Source: Octopus vulgaris (lineage: Eukaryota). Taken from it: 64,000 bases of DNA. The translations under genes and the position numbers were made by a program. This document shows, piece after piece, positions 12,851-27,198 of this stretch. How positions within the stretch are numbered: the first letter of the stretch is position 1; every line of letters begins with the position of its first letter. The notes below the pieces were generated by a model, which worked only from the letters and a program-made list of their open reading frames with translations, was not told the origin of the DNA and did not search any database. The DNA is taken from assembly GCA_951406725.2 (NCBI GenBank), contig OX597834.1, positions 7,192,001-7,256,000 of the forward strand. Reading direction: 5' to 3'.

Positions 12851-14326
12851 TATATATTTGTAAAAAATGAAGTTCGAAAATGCTGCTATATTATACAATT
12901 TTTAATTTTTATATATACATTATAACATGTTTCAGTTCCTGAAATGAACCTTATCAAAAAAAGTTATATATAAAAAAAGACAGCTCATGCCGTCAAACAA
13001 GAAATTCATTTATAATACACAACGGAGTCAGACATCTTAGAGTTCATGTATAGTTGATATATAGTTTGAAGTAAGTTCATTCATGCTATATGTTCAAAGT
13101 GTTCGATGCAGTGGCCCACGGTAACAGGATGGCGGTGCATAAATCACAAGTTAGAAACCCTGATTACCGCAAAATACCGGTCAGCGGACACATAGATAGA
13201 TGTGCTGGAAATGTAAATCCGAAATTTACAACTAACCCGCTCTATAAATTCAGTGACAACGCAACCTTCACACAACGCCAAAATAAAGAACTATATTTCA
13301 TAAAAAAATTTAGACCAAGTTTAAACACCCTGGGCCAGGAATACTAAAACAAAAGATAAGTCCTCCGAAAAGGAGAAGCAAAATTCCACCACGGCCGCTA
13401 CCTTAAACAGACACTCGCTCTGACGGAAATATGCCTTAGTAAAAAAGGGAAAAAAATTCTTTCGTGCAAATCTGACCCTGATACATACGATACAGCTAAG
13501 GGTCAGACCCGATTCTGATTGGTCAACAAGTTGATGACGTCTAGCTCTGCTAGAATGGACAGGATACAAACAGGGGACAGTCATTAGTCAGAATATTGAT
13601 GACGTCCTTTTCTGCTTGACTAGTCACCTAACAAGTACAGACAGGGGGCAGATCTAATGTAGCTATAAGTCGTGATTGGGCAGAATCTGGATGACGTCCC
13701 ATTCTGCTTGACTAACGAAGCGACTGGTCAAAACAGGAAACAAACAAGAGGCAGTTATAATGCAGCGATTGGTCAAAATGATGATGACGTCCCGTTCTGC
13801 TTGACTAAAGCCACCTAACGAAACGATTGGTCAAAACGTTGATGACGTCACGCTACGCTGGATTGACCACCTAACAGGCATTATAAAACCGAGCACTTCA
13901 CAAAACTCACTAGAACCACCCAGCGAACACCCACCATGGGTCATCACAATTGCTTAAGGTAAAAATGAATTCTCGCTCTTTCGGAAACATCAATCTTCTG
14001 TATTGACTGCTTTCCACCACTTTTATCTGTTTTTTGTATCGAATACGTATCGCCACCGTGGGCCACTGCATCGAACACTTTGAACATATAGCATGAATGA
14101 ACTTACTTCAAACTATATATCAACTATACATGAACTCTAAGATGTCTGACTCCGTTGTGTATTATAAATGAATTTCTTGTGTTTGACAGCATGAGCTGTC
14201 TTTTTTTATATATAACTTTTTTTGATAAGGTTCATTTCAGGAACTGAAAATGTTATAATGTATATATAAAAATTAAAAATTGTATAATATAGCAGCATTT
14301 TCGAACTTCATTTTTTACAAATATAT
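12851..14326 (+). mobile_element. 5'-truncated Penelope-like element: inverted pLTR segment, GIY-YIG C-terminus, then pLTR
   Basis: About 270-bp near-identical inverted repeat 12851-13122 / 14055-14326; RMAVHKSQVR...PVSGHI...RQNKELYFIKKFRPSLN in ORF 13090..13347; flanked by (TA)n. Confidence 0.85.
13518..13965 (+). promoter_or_regulatory. Candidate Pol II promoter in the pLTR: 5x ATT(G/A)G-N10-GATGACGTC, TATA box, Kozak ATG, splice donor
   Basis: Modules between 13518 and 13850; TATAAAA 13882-13888; CCCACCATGG with ATG at 13936; AAG|GTAAAA with GT at 13959. Confidence 0.65.
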
Positions 14327-14698
14327 ATATATATATATATATACACATCAGGCTTCTTTCAGTTTCCATCCACTAAACCTGCACACAAGGCTTTGGCCAG
14401 TCTAAGACTATAACAGAAGATGCTTTCTCAAGTATCTGTGTTTCTCCCCACCACTGCTTGACAACTAATGCTGGTGTGTTCACATCCCCGGAAACACACC
14501 AGGCTTTAAGAAAACAAGGACTGGGCTCAATACATTTGAATTAAACTGCTTCAAGTTGCTGCCCCAGCATGGCCACATTCAAATGACAGACAGTCACTGT
14601 TGACAACGATGAGTTAAATACAACATTAGTTTCTGACATTGATTCATAGGTTTATATTTTAAAGAACAATATTGTTGATTAAAGAAACCCAAATACTT

Positions 14699-15141
14699 AT
14701 TTCATTACTACCCACAAGGGGCTAAACACAGAGGGGACAAACAAGGACAGACAAACGGATTAAGTCGATTATATCGACCCCAGTGCGTATCTGGTACGTA
14801 TTTAATCGACCCCGAAAGGATGAAAGGCAAAATCAACCTTGGCGGAATTTGAACTCAGAACATAACGGCAGACGAATTTGAACTCAGAACATAACGGCAG
14901 ACGAAATATCTATTTCTTTACTACCCACAAGGGGCTAAACACAGAGGGGACAAACAAGGACAGACAAAGGGATTAAGTCGATTATATCGACCCCAGTGCG
15001 TAACTGGTACTTATTTAATCGATCCCAAAAGGATGAAAGGCAAAGATGACCTCGGCGGAATTTGAACTCAGAACGTAGCAGCAGACGAAATACCGCTAAA
15101 CATTTTGCCCGATGTGCAAACGATTCTGCCAGCTTGCCGCC
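14699..15141 (-). mobile_element. SINE family A, head plus 2 bodies
   Basis: 20-bp TSD tt(a/c)aagaaacccaaatactt at 14679-14698 and 15142-15161; extra short internal duplication of the B-box region at ~14846-14903. Confidence 0.9.
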
Positions 15142-15375
15142 TTCAAGAAACCCAAATACTTGACTGATATTTGTGTAGTATCAACCCTGACAGGATGAAC
15201 AGCAAAGCTGACCCAGGTGGGATTCGAACTCAGAGCACAAAGGACTGTAACAAATTTTGACAAAGCATTAAGTTTGATTATCTCAATTCTTCAAAATGAA
15301 GTTATTTGAAATTCAGTTTGTCAACAAACTGTCTGTTCTTTTTATTTAAATCGTCACATGATGTCTGAAGCAAAA

Positions 15376-15850
15376 CTCTCTCTCTCTCTCTCCCTTTCTC
15401 TGTCTGCCTGTCTGTCCCTCAGTCTCTCTGACTCTGTCTCTGTCTTTCTTTGTCCCTCTCTCTCTCTTTTTCTCTCACTTTCTCTATCTCTTTCTGTTTG
15501 TCTCTCTCTTACCCTTTTTCTGCCTCTATCTCTGTCACTTTCTCTCTCCCTTTCTCTGTCTGCCTGCCTGCCTGTCTGTCTGTATGTCTGTCTGTCCCTC
15601 AGTCTCTCTGACTCTCTGCCCCTATCTTTCTCTGTCCCTCTCTCTCTCTCACTCTCTTTTTTTCTCTCTGTTCCTCTCTCTCACTCTCTTTCTCACTCTC
15701 TCTCTCTATCCCTCTCTCTCTCACTCTCTTTCTCTCACTCTCTCTCTTTCTGTCTGTCTGTCTCTCTCTGTCCCTTTCTTTGCTTCTCCCTCTCTCTCTT
15801 TGTCTGTCAGTCTCTCTGTCTCTCTCTGCCTCACCCCCCTCCTCTCCCAG
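15376..15850. repeat. Degenerate (CT)n tract
   Basis: Direct reading. Confidence 0.95.
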
Positions 15851-16024
15851 TATATCTTTATCAATACACTATGTCCCATTAATAAGACAAACGTTTAAAT
15901 TTTAGAAATCTTGAGACGCCGTCTTGCATACACAATATCTGGTGTGTATATTTATGCGTAGAATATGTCATATTTAACTATCATGTGACAAATATTTATT
16001 GTTCACTAAACATCTTCATTCAAC

Positions 16025-16552
16025 ACGTGTATGTGTGTGTTTGGTTAGATGTATGTCCTATGTGTGTGCATGTGTGTTTATGTATATGTGTGTGTTTTGG
16101 CATACGTATGTTCTATGTGTGTGCATGTGTATTTACATGTATGTGTGTGTGCATGTGTATTTATGTGTATGTGTGTGTGCATTTGAGTATATATATGTTC
16201 TTCTATGTGTGTGCATGTGTGTTTATGTGTATGTGTGTGTGCATTTGAGTATATGTGTGTTTAAGTATTTATGTGTATGCGTGTATGCATGTGTGTGTTT
16301 GGGTATATATATGTTCTTCTGTGTGTGCGTGTGTATGTGTACTTATGTGTATGTGTGTGCATTTGAGTATATTTATGTCCTTCTATGTATGTATATGTGT
16401 GTTTAAGTATTTATATGTATGTGTGTGTGTGTGTGCATGTTCTTCTACGTGTGTGCATGTGTGTTTATGTGTATGCATGAGTATGTTTGGGTATATGTAT
16501 GTTCTTCTGCGTGTGTGTATGTGTATGCATGTGTGTGACGTGTGTGTGTTTG
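16025..16552. repeat. (TG)-rich degenerate tandem repeat with recurring gtgcatttgagtatat / atgttcttct units
   Basis: Direct reading. Confidence 0.85.
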
Positions 16553-16600
16553 CCTTTCTGTGCACAAAATGTTGATATTTCATATTCCTATGTCTCAAAT

Positions 16601-16909
16601 GGAGGCGCAATGGCCCAGTGGTTAGGGCAGCGGACTCGCAGTCGTAGGATCACGGTTTCGATTCCCAGACCGGGCGTTGTGAATGTTTATGGAGCAAAAA
16701 CACCTAAAAGCTCCACGAGGCTCCGGCAGCGGGTGGTGGTGATCCCTGCTGTACTCTTTCACCACCCTTTCTCCCACTCTTTCTTCTGTTGGCCTGCTCA
16801 GTTAGCCAGCGGGGTGGCGTCATTCGAAGGCTAAAACAATGCAAACGCATTGTGACCAGCGATGTGTAACAACATCTGATGGTCTGGCCGGTCACGTGAT
16901 GATGTGATG
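16601..16909 (+). mobile_element. SINE family C, full length
   Basis: tRNA-like head GGAGGCGCAATGGCCCAGTGGTTAGGGCAGCGGACTCG...GGTTTCGATTCC; 11-bp TSD atgtctcaaat at 16590-16600 and 16910-16920. Confidence 0.9.
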
Positions 16910-17367
16910 ATGTCTCAAATACTTTCTGAATTCCTAATTTCCAGCAATGTTCATCGTCAAAAACTGAACAACTTGTGAATATGATGAAAAGCAGCTTTAC
17001 TTCATTAAATGTTGCTTAATCCCCAGTCAACCCTAATCTAGGGTCCTCCCTCCCCTATAAAAACCAATGCATGCTGTTTGACCCCTTCTATTTGACTTCC
17101 ATACCCTGGCTGTAAACACGATACACGAACTTCAGGATGAAAAATAGCAGCTAAGATATTTTTAAGATTTTGACTTGCTCCTCCTTTCAATGTATTTTGC
17201 GAGTATTATCACCATAAACCCCTATTATTTTCTCCTTCTTACTGCCGATGTCTTTCCGTCAGAAACCCTAACTCATGCATTTCCTCACAACATATTCCTT
17301 CACTCATGAAAACTTAATCACACGATCACACAGCCTTTTGTCTCTAATCTTGTCTTTCTCCCTCATC

Positions 17368-17745
17368 TGGGCATGGATTCACTGAAGCTCTGGCGTCTGG
17401 CGACGGACTTGGTAAACACCCACAAAGTTATCAACCACCTCACCAACAACAACACTGAACACCTTTTTGATCTCCATGTGTCTAACACACGTGGACATGC
17501 CTACAAAGTCAGAAAACAACGCAGCTCCCATGACTTTCGGAAACATTTTTTCAGGCTCAGAGTTGCTGAAGCATGGAATAAACTGCCTGCATCAGTTGTT
17601 GACTGCCATGACACTGCATCTTTTAAGGCCCTCATGCTTTCCGAAATCCGCCGAAAATACACCTGATTATATATACACTTTAGATGAGTTGTAGTGCACC
17701 TGAGCACTGTACACAATTATTATTATTATTATTATTATTATATTA
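17368..17745 (+). mobile_element. CR1-clade LINE 3' end with (TAT)n tail
   Basis: ORF 17373..17666: NTRGHAYKVRKQ...RKHFFRLRVAEAWNKLPASVV...SFK. Confidence 0.88.
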
Positions 17746-17899
17746 TCACTCTGTCTATTCAGTTCCTACACTATTTGCCTATCTATCGGTCTTTTCTGTT
17801 GCTTAAATTCCTACCCCATCGTTCCCAGAAGCAATCCCCCCCCCGCCCTGTTTTATTTTTCATTTGCTTTCTACCTAAGATACTCTCTATATTTTATCT

Positions 17900-18980
17900 T
17901 TTCTTTTACATGTTTCAGTCATCAGACTGTGGCCATGCTGGAGCAGAGACTTAAAGAATTTTTAGCTAAACGAATCAATTACACTATTTTGTTTTGTTTA
18001 AGCCTCATGCATATTCTATTGGTCTCTTTTGCTGAACTGCTAAGTTATGGGGATGTAAAGACACAAACACCGGCTGACAAGCAGTGGTGGGGAACAAACA
18101 CACACACACACACACACATACATACACAACAGGCTTCTTTCAGTTTCCATCCACCTAATCTACTCACAAGGCTTTGGTCAGCCTAAGGTTATAGTAAAAG
18201 ACACTTGCCTAAGTGTCTATGTTTGTTCCCACCACTGCTTGACATCCAGTGTTGGTGTGTTTATGTCCCTGTAACTTAGCAGTTCAGCTAAGGAGACTGA
18301 TAGAATAAGTACCAGGCTTTAAGAAAATAAGTAACAGGCTCGATACATTCAAATTAAACTTTTTCAGTGTGGTGCCCCAGCATGGTCTCAGTCAAATGAC
18401 TGAAACAAGTAAAAGATAAAAATAGCTTGTGCATCTGTTACCGTGTTTCCTCCCGCCCCCACACACTTCTGCATCACCTGACAACCTATTTTAGTCTTTT
18501 TTACATCTGTAACTTAGCAGTTCAGCAAAGGGTTCCGAAAGTATAAGTATCACACTTCGCAATAAGTACTGGGGTTGATTTGCTCAAGTAAATCCTTCAA
18601 AGTGGGCCTCCAAAGCAATCTCAGTGTAGGTGCAGGTGTAGCTGTGGGCTTTCCAGCCACATGATTCTAGGTTCAGTCCCATTGCATAGCACCTTGGGTA
18701 AGTGTCTCCTACCATAGCCTTGGGCCAACCAAAGACTTGTGAGTGGATTTGGTAGACGGAAACTGAAAGAAGCCTGTCACACACACACACACAATTTTGA
18801 AAGAGTGGGTAAGTCAACCACATCAACCTCAGCATTCAGTCGGTACTTATTTTATAAACTCCAAAAGGATGAAAGGCAGAGTTGACCCCGGTAGGATTTG
18901 AACTCAGAACATAAAGACGGACAAGATGCTGTCAAGCATTTTGCACGACATGCAAACGATTCTGCCAGCTTGCTGCCTTA
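17900..18980. mobile_element. Cluster of partial family B and A SINEs in both orientations
   Basis: Family B segments 17903-18215 (-), 18215-18420 (+), 18630-18790 (+); family A variant 18810-18980 (-). Confidence 0.8.
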
Positions 18981-19024
18981 ATGGCCATGTTCCTATTTAC
19001 AGTCTCTCACAACCAAATTCTACT

Positions 19025-19292
19025 TAGAAGAGGCAGACCAAGGAATACCTGGGACGAGGTGGTGAAGCACGACCTTCGAACTTTAGGTCTCACCGAAGAA
19101 ATGACTAGAGACCGAGACCTTTGGAAGTATGCTGTGCATGAGAAGACCCAGTAGAACAAGTGAGACCATAACCCGTGGCCTCTACATGGGATGTAGCCAG
19201 TCCACTTATGCATACCTTTCCTTCTTGGGACACAAAACTCTACTTGTGAAGACCTGTTGAGGCAAGTGAAAATCAAAATCAAAATCAAAATC
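19025..19292 (+). mobile_element. RTE-type LINE 3' end with (AAAATC)n tail
   Basis: RGRPRNTWDEVVKHDLRTLGLTEEMTRDRDLWKYAV. Confidence 0.85.
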
Positions 19293-19630
19293 GATCAACA
19301 TCATTGGAAATTGCAGCTGTGATACCAGTGCTGGTGGTACGTAAGAAAACCATCGAAATGTGGCCATTGTCAGCGCCACCCCGACTGGCCTCGTGCCGGT
19401 GGCACGTAAAAAGCACCATTCGATCATAGCCGTTTGCCAGCCTCATCTGGCACCTGTGTCGGTGGCACCTAAAAGGCACCCACTACACTCACAGAGTGGT
19501 TGGCGTTAGGAAGGGCATCCAGTCGTAGAAACATTGCCAGATCAGACTGGGCCTGGTGCAGCCTTCTGGCTTCCCAGACCCCAGTTGAACCGTCCAACCC
19601 GGATGCTAAACGATGATGATGATGATGATG
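19293..19630 (+). mobile_element. Family D element with upstream tandem GTGCCGGTGGCACGTAAAAAGCACC units
   Basis: Three degenerate units, then the family D 3' part and (TGA)n; inverse copy at 48913-49270. Confidence 0.8.
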
Positions 19631-20181
19631 AAAGCATTAGGCACTTACTAAAATGGTGCATGGTAGAATTGAACCAAGAATCAGACAGTTCAAAGCGAAC
19701 TTCTTCACTACAAGGCTATGTCTGCACCTATAGAGAAATAGAGAAAAAAAAAAAAAAAGAAACAAAGATAATCACATTATCTTTCTTTTCGGGGAAAAAA
19801 ATGCTGAATTCTAAGTGTTTTATTTCTCAAGATGCTAATGCAACGTTCAATATTATTGGCGATGAATAATGCATGCAGGACAAACAAATAGTTTTTGTGT
19901 ATTGATAATTGAAATTACCTATGATAGATCTTTGATCTGTTTGAGGTCAGACCTGAGATGAGAGGATCGGGTGGAGATGAGTGAAGAAAGGAGGTTGATG
20001 AGACTTTATTCGTACAATCGGCGGCGTTTAAAATTGTGATGATTTATGATAATTCTTAGAATGGTTAAAAAAAAAAAAGAGGAAAAGACTAAAAAAAAAA
20101 GAAACAAAAGAAGCAAAACAGAAAAACTAGTAGTGACTCAGATTTAATTTCACTAATTAAATATTCTCAGATAATGAAGTA

Positions 20182-20690
20182 TCCGTCACCGTCACCGTCA
20201 TCATAGATAGAGTTGTCGTTGTCACTATCGTCATCGTCATTGTTATTTCTGCTGCTACCGCCACTGCCAACACTACCGTTGCCACAGCTACCAATGCCAC
20301 CATCATCCCCACTGCCACTACCACCACCATCATCACCACAACCACCACCACTTCCACCACCATCACCACCACCACCACCATCACCAACATCACCATCACC
20401 ACCACACCTATTATCACCACCATCACCCCTATCACCCCCATCACCACCACCACCCCATCACCCCTATTATCACCACCATCACCATCACCCCCATCACCAC
20501 CACCACCCCTACCACCACCCCTACCACCACCACCACCCCTACCACCACCACCCCATCACCACCACCACTCCTATTATCACCACCATCACCCCTATCACCA
20601 CCCCACCCGACCCCATCCACAAAACCACTATTATCACCACCATCACCCATCACCCCTACCCCCCCACAAGTATCACCACTATCATTATTG
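20182..20690. repeat. (CAC/CAT)n degenerate trinucleotide tract
   Basis: Direct reading; explains the Pro/His-rich ORF. Confidence 0.95.
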
Positions 20691-21099
20691 GTTGTTTTTG
20701 TTTTATGTCCATTTTCTAAATGGAGAAAAATTAAATGTGTTGTTACTGTCTGCGGCATTTCTTTCTCGAAGCCAATGCTCTTTGAGAAGGATCGGGGACC
20801 AGATCCCACTTGTACATTCCATCTTTGGTAGGGTTTCCACAACTGAATGACCATCTTAACACCAACCAATTTTTACACAGTGCGGGGGGGTGGGGCGAGG
20901 CACTGTCGTGGATGAGTGGTTAAGAAGTTTCCTTCCCAACCACAAGGCTCTAGGTTCAACAGCAGCCTGAGCCATGAGCTGACCAAAGCCTTATGAGTGG
21001 ATTTGGAAGATGGAAACTGAAAGAAGCCTTTTGAATGCATAAATGTGTGTGTATGTGTGTGTGTGTGTGCGTGTGTGTGTGTTCGACATGGTGCATCAC

Positions 21100-21474
21100 A
21101 TGTGCTACATGGTTGATGTTGCATATCCCTTTGACCCACGAATGGTCAAGAAGGAAGGCAAAAAAAACCCAGATGCAACACCCCTTAAGTACAAAATAGC
21201 CCGGCTAAGGAAAATGAAGAAGGTAAAGATAGTGCCAATTATTGTTGGCTCCTTGGGAATAGGATCAGAAGGCATCAAGAGGGATATAAAGGAAATTGGA
21301 ATAGAGTGCCCAGTAGAACTGTTAGAAAAGGTTTGCCTCCTTGGCACGGCCAGAATAATCAGAAAAGTATTAGAGAGCCGAAAAGAACGAATAGCATGGT
21401 ACTGTAAGCTGCAGGAGGTAAGCCCACAATGCTTGCAAGATTCCAGGAGCTCCAACAAAACCCGTGATAAAGAG

Positions 21475-21475
<1 letters not shown>
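21100..21475 (+). mobile_element. 5'-truncated R4/Dong-type non-LTR retrotransposon 3' end (second family)
   Basis: VDVAYPFD...KVKIVPIIVGSLG...LLEKVCLLGTARIIRKVL, short 3' UTR, then (TAA)n. Confidence 0.85.
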
Positions 21476-22590
<1,115 letters not shown>

Positions 22591-23479
22591 GGATTTAGAA
22601 ACTTTTGAGAGAACCTGAAATTATTGATTTTTGGCAGTTGTACTCTAATAATTAGATACAAAAAGAAAGAATTTTTCTGTCTAAAAACAACATATTCTTG
22701 TTGTAAATTGTCTTAGAGTGTTTAAATGACAAGAAGGACCATTTAAAAAAAAATCTTTGAGTAACATGTGTGATGTACTAGAACACTTGGTGAGTTAGCT
22801 TTTCTTTTCACATCTTCTGTCTTGAATCTAAAGTTAAGCACCAAACTCACTCCAAATTCACTTTGGCATTGAAATCACTGAATCTGCTCACAGCCTGTTA
22901 ACAGTTAATTCCATAATTCTTTGTAATTCTATAAGAAGTACTGAGATGTTGTAGAAGTATTTAGTGAGCTAACACCTGTAGATCTTGTCACAGATACAAA
23001 GAGGATAACAACTCGAAATAAACTTTGTTTATCAATAAACTCTTGACAGTTCAATGTCAATGACCTTAGTTACTATAAGAATCGTTTAGAGGCAGACAAG
23101 AGAAATAAGTTCAGGGTCAGAATTGCTTCTGTTTATCTAGAATTTCTTGGTTGACTATGTTGGTGATTACAATGGTTATCCTAAAGTGTGGCATCTCAAT
23201 AGGTAATCAGTCGATCTGATTTTCTTTATAGTCTCAGATCTTGAGCTTATTTTGCCAGATTTAAGAAAAAAAAAATTATAGAACAATGACGATGATGATG
23301 ATGACAACAACAACGATGATGATGATGATGATGACAGTCGTGGCAGCAGCAGTGGTGGTTTGTTGGTAGCGGTGGTAATTTGTGGTGATCCCAAAAAATG
23401 GGAAGCTTTGGAAAAACAACAAAATTTGGAGATATCCAAATCCACCAAAAACTTTTATTGACAGAAATTAAACAACTTG

Positions 23480-24015
23480 CTTTTAAGAATCAGTAATCCA
23501 AATGATTAATGTCTAAAGAGTTTCATGAATGCCCTTTTCACGGCAGCAAGGTGATAGTACGGTGTGCAGTTTCATCACATAGGGTCACTGGACCTTACTT
23601 TTTTGGAAATACGGAGAGGATCATAATGGCTGTCACTTCGGATCCATATACTGAGATGCTGCAATGTTTTGCTGCGCCTGCATTGAACAATTTTCTGCAA
23701 CTTCCCGATGGCATGACATCACACACTACAATAGGATGGTGTGACATTTCACACTACAAAATAATCAATGGCAACTGTGTGAGATTTGTTTGGTAACCAT
23801 GTCATCTCAAGATTTGGTGACTTTTACTGGCTCCTTAGATCACTGGATTTGTCCCATTTGTGATTTTTTTCTTTTGGGGCTACCTTAAGAGTCGGGTCTA
23901 CATGGCTTGGCCATGGACACTGAATGAATTGAAACAAAGAATTCATGACGAAATTCGTGGTGTACCGAGTGAGATGTTGCACCAAGCAATGGGGAGTCCC
24001 AACGGCAGATTGGCA
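23480..24015 (+). pseudogene. Tc1/mariner-superfamily transposase remnant (probably maT/DD37D-like)
   Basis: KVIVRCAVSSHRVTGPYFF, ISRFGDFYW..RS.DL...DFF, WGYLKSRVY...TLNELKQRIHDEI, with frameshifts. Confidence 0.8.
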
Positions 24016-24165
24016 GAATGAAGCCAGCAATTTGCACCAAACACCAAAGCTTGTTGTTAAAGAAAGTTTTGTTATTGTACGAGAACACATGCCCACGCAT
24101 AGCTGCCAAGATTGTTGAAATCATTAACCATTTGGGTTCTGAGGTGCTGGAACACCCTGCCCACA
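24016..24165 (+). pseudogene. Mariner transposase fragment (partial second copy at ~24458-24520)
   Basis: KKVLLLYENTCPRIAAKIVEIINHLGSEVLEHPAH resembles mariner LLHDNARPH...LGWEVLPHPPYSP. Confidence 0.7.
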
Positions 24166-24521
24166 CATGGTTGAGAACAACAGGGGTAGAGGCTCCTTTC
24201 CTGGTTTGTGGGGTAGATGATAAATGTGTGTATAGATGTTTGTTTCTTTCATATCTGTACGTGTATGTATATGTATGTTGATGCATGTGTAATTGTGTGT
24301 TTCAATAGATATACAAATGTCTGTGTGTGTGTATGTGTGTGTGTGTGTGTGTGTGTTTGTTGGTGTGCATGTGGGTGTGTATTTCCATGACTATAAGTAT
24401 GTTTGCGTGCATATTTGCATGAGTGATAGTATGTCTGTGTGCAAATCTGCCAGCATGTGTTGAAGAAAGTTTTGTTGTTGTATGAGAATGCATGCCCACA
24501 CATAGCTGCCAAGATTCTTGA

Positions 24522-24895
24522 AACCTTTAATGCATTCGAGCTTTGGTGTTGGAGAAGACTTTTACGGATTCCATGGACAGCGAGGCTCACCAATGGAGAA
24601 GTTCCTAAGCAGATAAGGCCGAAACTGTTGCTAGCAGCTAGGATCACCAAGCATAGATTGGCATATTTCGGTCATATTATGAGGAGAAAATCCATGGAGA
24701 AGAACATCATGCTCAGAATGGTCAGTGACAAGAGAGGAAGAGGCCGACCAAGAACCCGCTGGCTTGGCACCATCAGGATTGATACCGGAATGGACATAGC
24801 CAATCTGAAAGAAGCGGCGCAGGATAGAACTGACTGGAGGACACTGATCCAACGAGTAACCGAGAGACTACTTCGACTGAACGGATAGATAGATA
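24522..24895 (+). mobile_element. RTE/BovB-like LINE 3' end
   Basis: AFELWCWRRLLRIPWTAR...LAYFGHIMRR...RGRGRPRTRW...AQDRTDWR; (ATAG)n tail; still open reading. Confidence 0.92.
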
Positions 24896-25035
24896 GCTTG
24901 TGTATGTGAGAAAGCATATGTTTATATGTACGAGTATATACATATTTGTGTATATGTGCATCTATGTAGGTGTGTGTATTTGTATGTAGATAGCTGTGTA
25001 CGTGTGTGTCATTATATATATATATGTATATATAT

Positions 25036-25239
25036 CTTTTACTCTTTTACTTTTATACTTGTTTCAGTCATTTGACTGCGGCCATGCTGGAGCACCACCT
25101 TTAGTCGAGCAAATCGACCCCTGGACTTATTCTTTGTAAGCCCAGTACTTATTCTATTGGAGTCTTTTGCTGAACCGCTGAGTGAACACACCAGCATCTG
25201 TTGTCAAGCAATGCTAGGGGGACAAACACAGAGACACAA

Positions 25240-25274
<35 letters not shown>

Positions 25275-25456
25275 AATATATATACATATATACGATGGGC
25301 TTCTTTCAGTTTCCGTCTACCAAATTCACTCACAAGGCTTTGGTCGGCCCGAGGCTATAGCAGAAGGCACTTGCCCAAGATGCTACGCAGTGGGACTGAA
25401 CCTGGAACCATGTGGTTGGTAAGCAAGCTACTTACCACACAGCCACTCCTACGCCT
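25036..25456 (-). mobile_element. SINE family B, full length
   Basis: Matches 8971-9357. Confidence 0.9.
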
Positions 25457-26107
25457 ATATATATATGTGTGTTTGTGTGTGTGAATGTATGTATGTGTCA
25501 TTATTTATTGGTGCGGTGCATATTGATCCAACAGATCTCTTGATGTCATTATATATTTGTATCTTGTCAGAGTAATTGATCAGAATTCTCTGGAGATGTC
25601 TGGAACACTCCTGTTCTCTAGCAGACAAGCATAGAACACTAAGATAGACTGTCTTTGGAGAGAAACAGAGAGAGGGAAAGAGACAGGGGGGAGAGCAGAG
25701 ACAAGGAAGGTGAGAGAGAGAGAGAGAAAGAGAGAGCAAGCAAAAGAAATAGATGACAGAAATAAAAAAAATAATGATTGAAATTATATATGTGTGTGCA
25801 TATATATGTGTATGTATATCTGTGTGTGTGTGTGTGAGTGTATTTATATAAGTATGCACATATATATATATGCATAATATTTACATACATACACACATAT
25901 CATCACTATCATCATCATCATAATTTAACGTCCATTTTTCCATGTTGGCATGGGTTAGATGGTTTGACCAGATCTAGCGAGCAAGAGCTACACCAGACCC
26001 CAGTAATCTATCTAGGTTTGGTTTCTATTGCTGGATGCCCTTTACAGAGTGTACTATACTAGGTGTCTATTATGTGTCACCAGCATGGACATGACACGCA
26101 TATGTGT

Positions 26108-26176
<69 letters not shown>

Positions 26177-26179
26177 CAT

Positions 26180-26375
26180 GATGCCATGATAGATCGTTAG
26201 CTCCTACGCGCATTTATTCTGACCTTGTTTTTTTCTGTGTATCTTTCTGTCGAAGAGCGTAGGCTCGAAACATAAAAGACTTTTTCTATTTCTATTCCTG
26301 AGCGCTATACTAATACATTTGTTTGTTTGTACTCCACCTGCTTTCGTCTTTTGCTTATTTTCGTAAACTTCCCCA
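26180..26375 (+). mobile_element. Short pLTR-like element with A6U hammerhead-like fold (26243-26278)
   Basis: cttt-CTGTCGA-a-gagc-gtag-gctc-GAA-acat-a-aaag. Confidence 0.75.
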
Positions 26376-26782
26376 TACATATATTTATATATAAAAAGAA
26401 TAAGTCCTGGGGGCTAATTTTGCCAACAAAAAAACCTTTTAAGGCAGTGCTCCATCATGGCCACAGTCAAATGACTGAAACAAGTAAAAGACTAAAAGAG
26501 TAAAGAGTATACTTGATGGTCTTCTTTCAGTTTATGTCTACCAAATCCACTCACAAGGCTTTGCTCAGCCCAAGGCTATAGTAGAAGACACTTGCCCAAA
26601 GTGCCATGCAGTGGGACTGAACCCAGAACCATGAGGCTGGTAAGCAAGCTACTTACCACACAGCTACACCTGTGCCTGATGATGATGATGATGACGATGA
26701 TGATATATACACATATGTACTTATATACTTATGTGAGTGTGTTTGTGTGTATGTGTATATATTATATATATATATATATAAA

Positions 26783-26829
<47 letters not shown>

Positions 26830-26838
26830 ATATATATG

Positions 26839-26884
<46 letters not shown>

Positions 26885-27124
26885 TCTTTACTCTTTACTC
26901 TTTTACTCCTTTACTTGTTTCAGTCATTTGACTGCGGCCATGCTGTAGCACCACCTTTAGTCGAGCAAATCGACCCCAGGACTTATTCTTTGTACACCTA
27001 GTACTTATTCTATCGGTCTCTTTTGCTGAACCGCTAAGTTACGGGGACGTAAACACACCAGCATCGGTTGTCAAGCAATGTTGGGGGGACAAACACAGCC
27101 ACACAAACATATGCACAAACACAT

Positions 27125-27156
<32 letters not shown>

Positions 27157-27157
27157 C

Positions 27158-27198
<41 letters not shown>

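Noticed and set aside
12851-14326. DNA transposon with 270-bp TIRs
   Set aside because: The interior encodes a GIY-YIG C-terminus, not a transposase; an inverted pLTR of a PLE explains it better.
16601-16680. tRNA gene
   Set aside because: The tRNA-like A/B boxes are SINE heads continuing into SINE bodies with TSDs; no clean cloverleaf followed by a terminator.
20213-20719. Pro/His-rich extensin-like ORF
   Set aside because: Degenerate (CAC/CAT)n tract, open on both strands.
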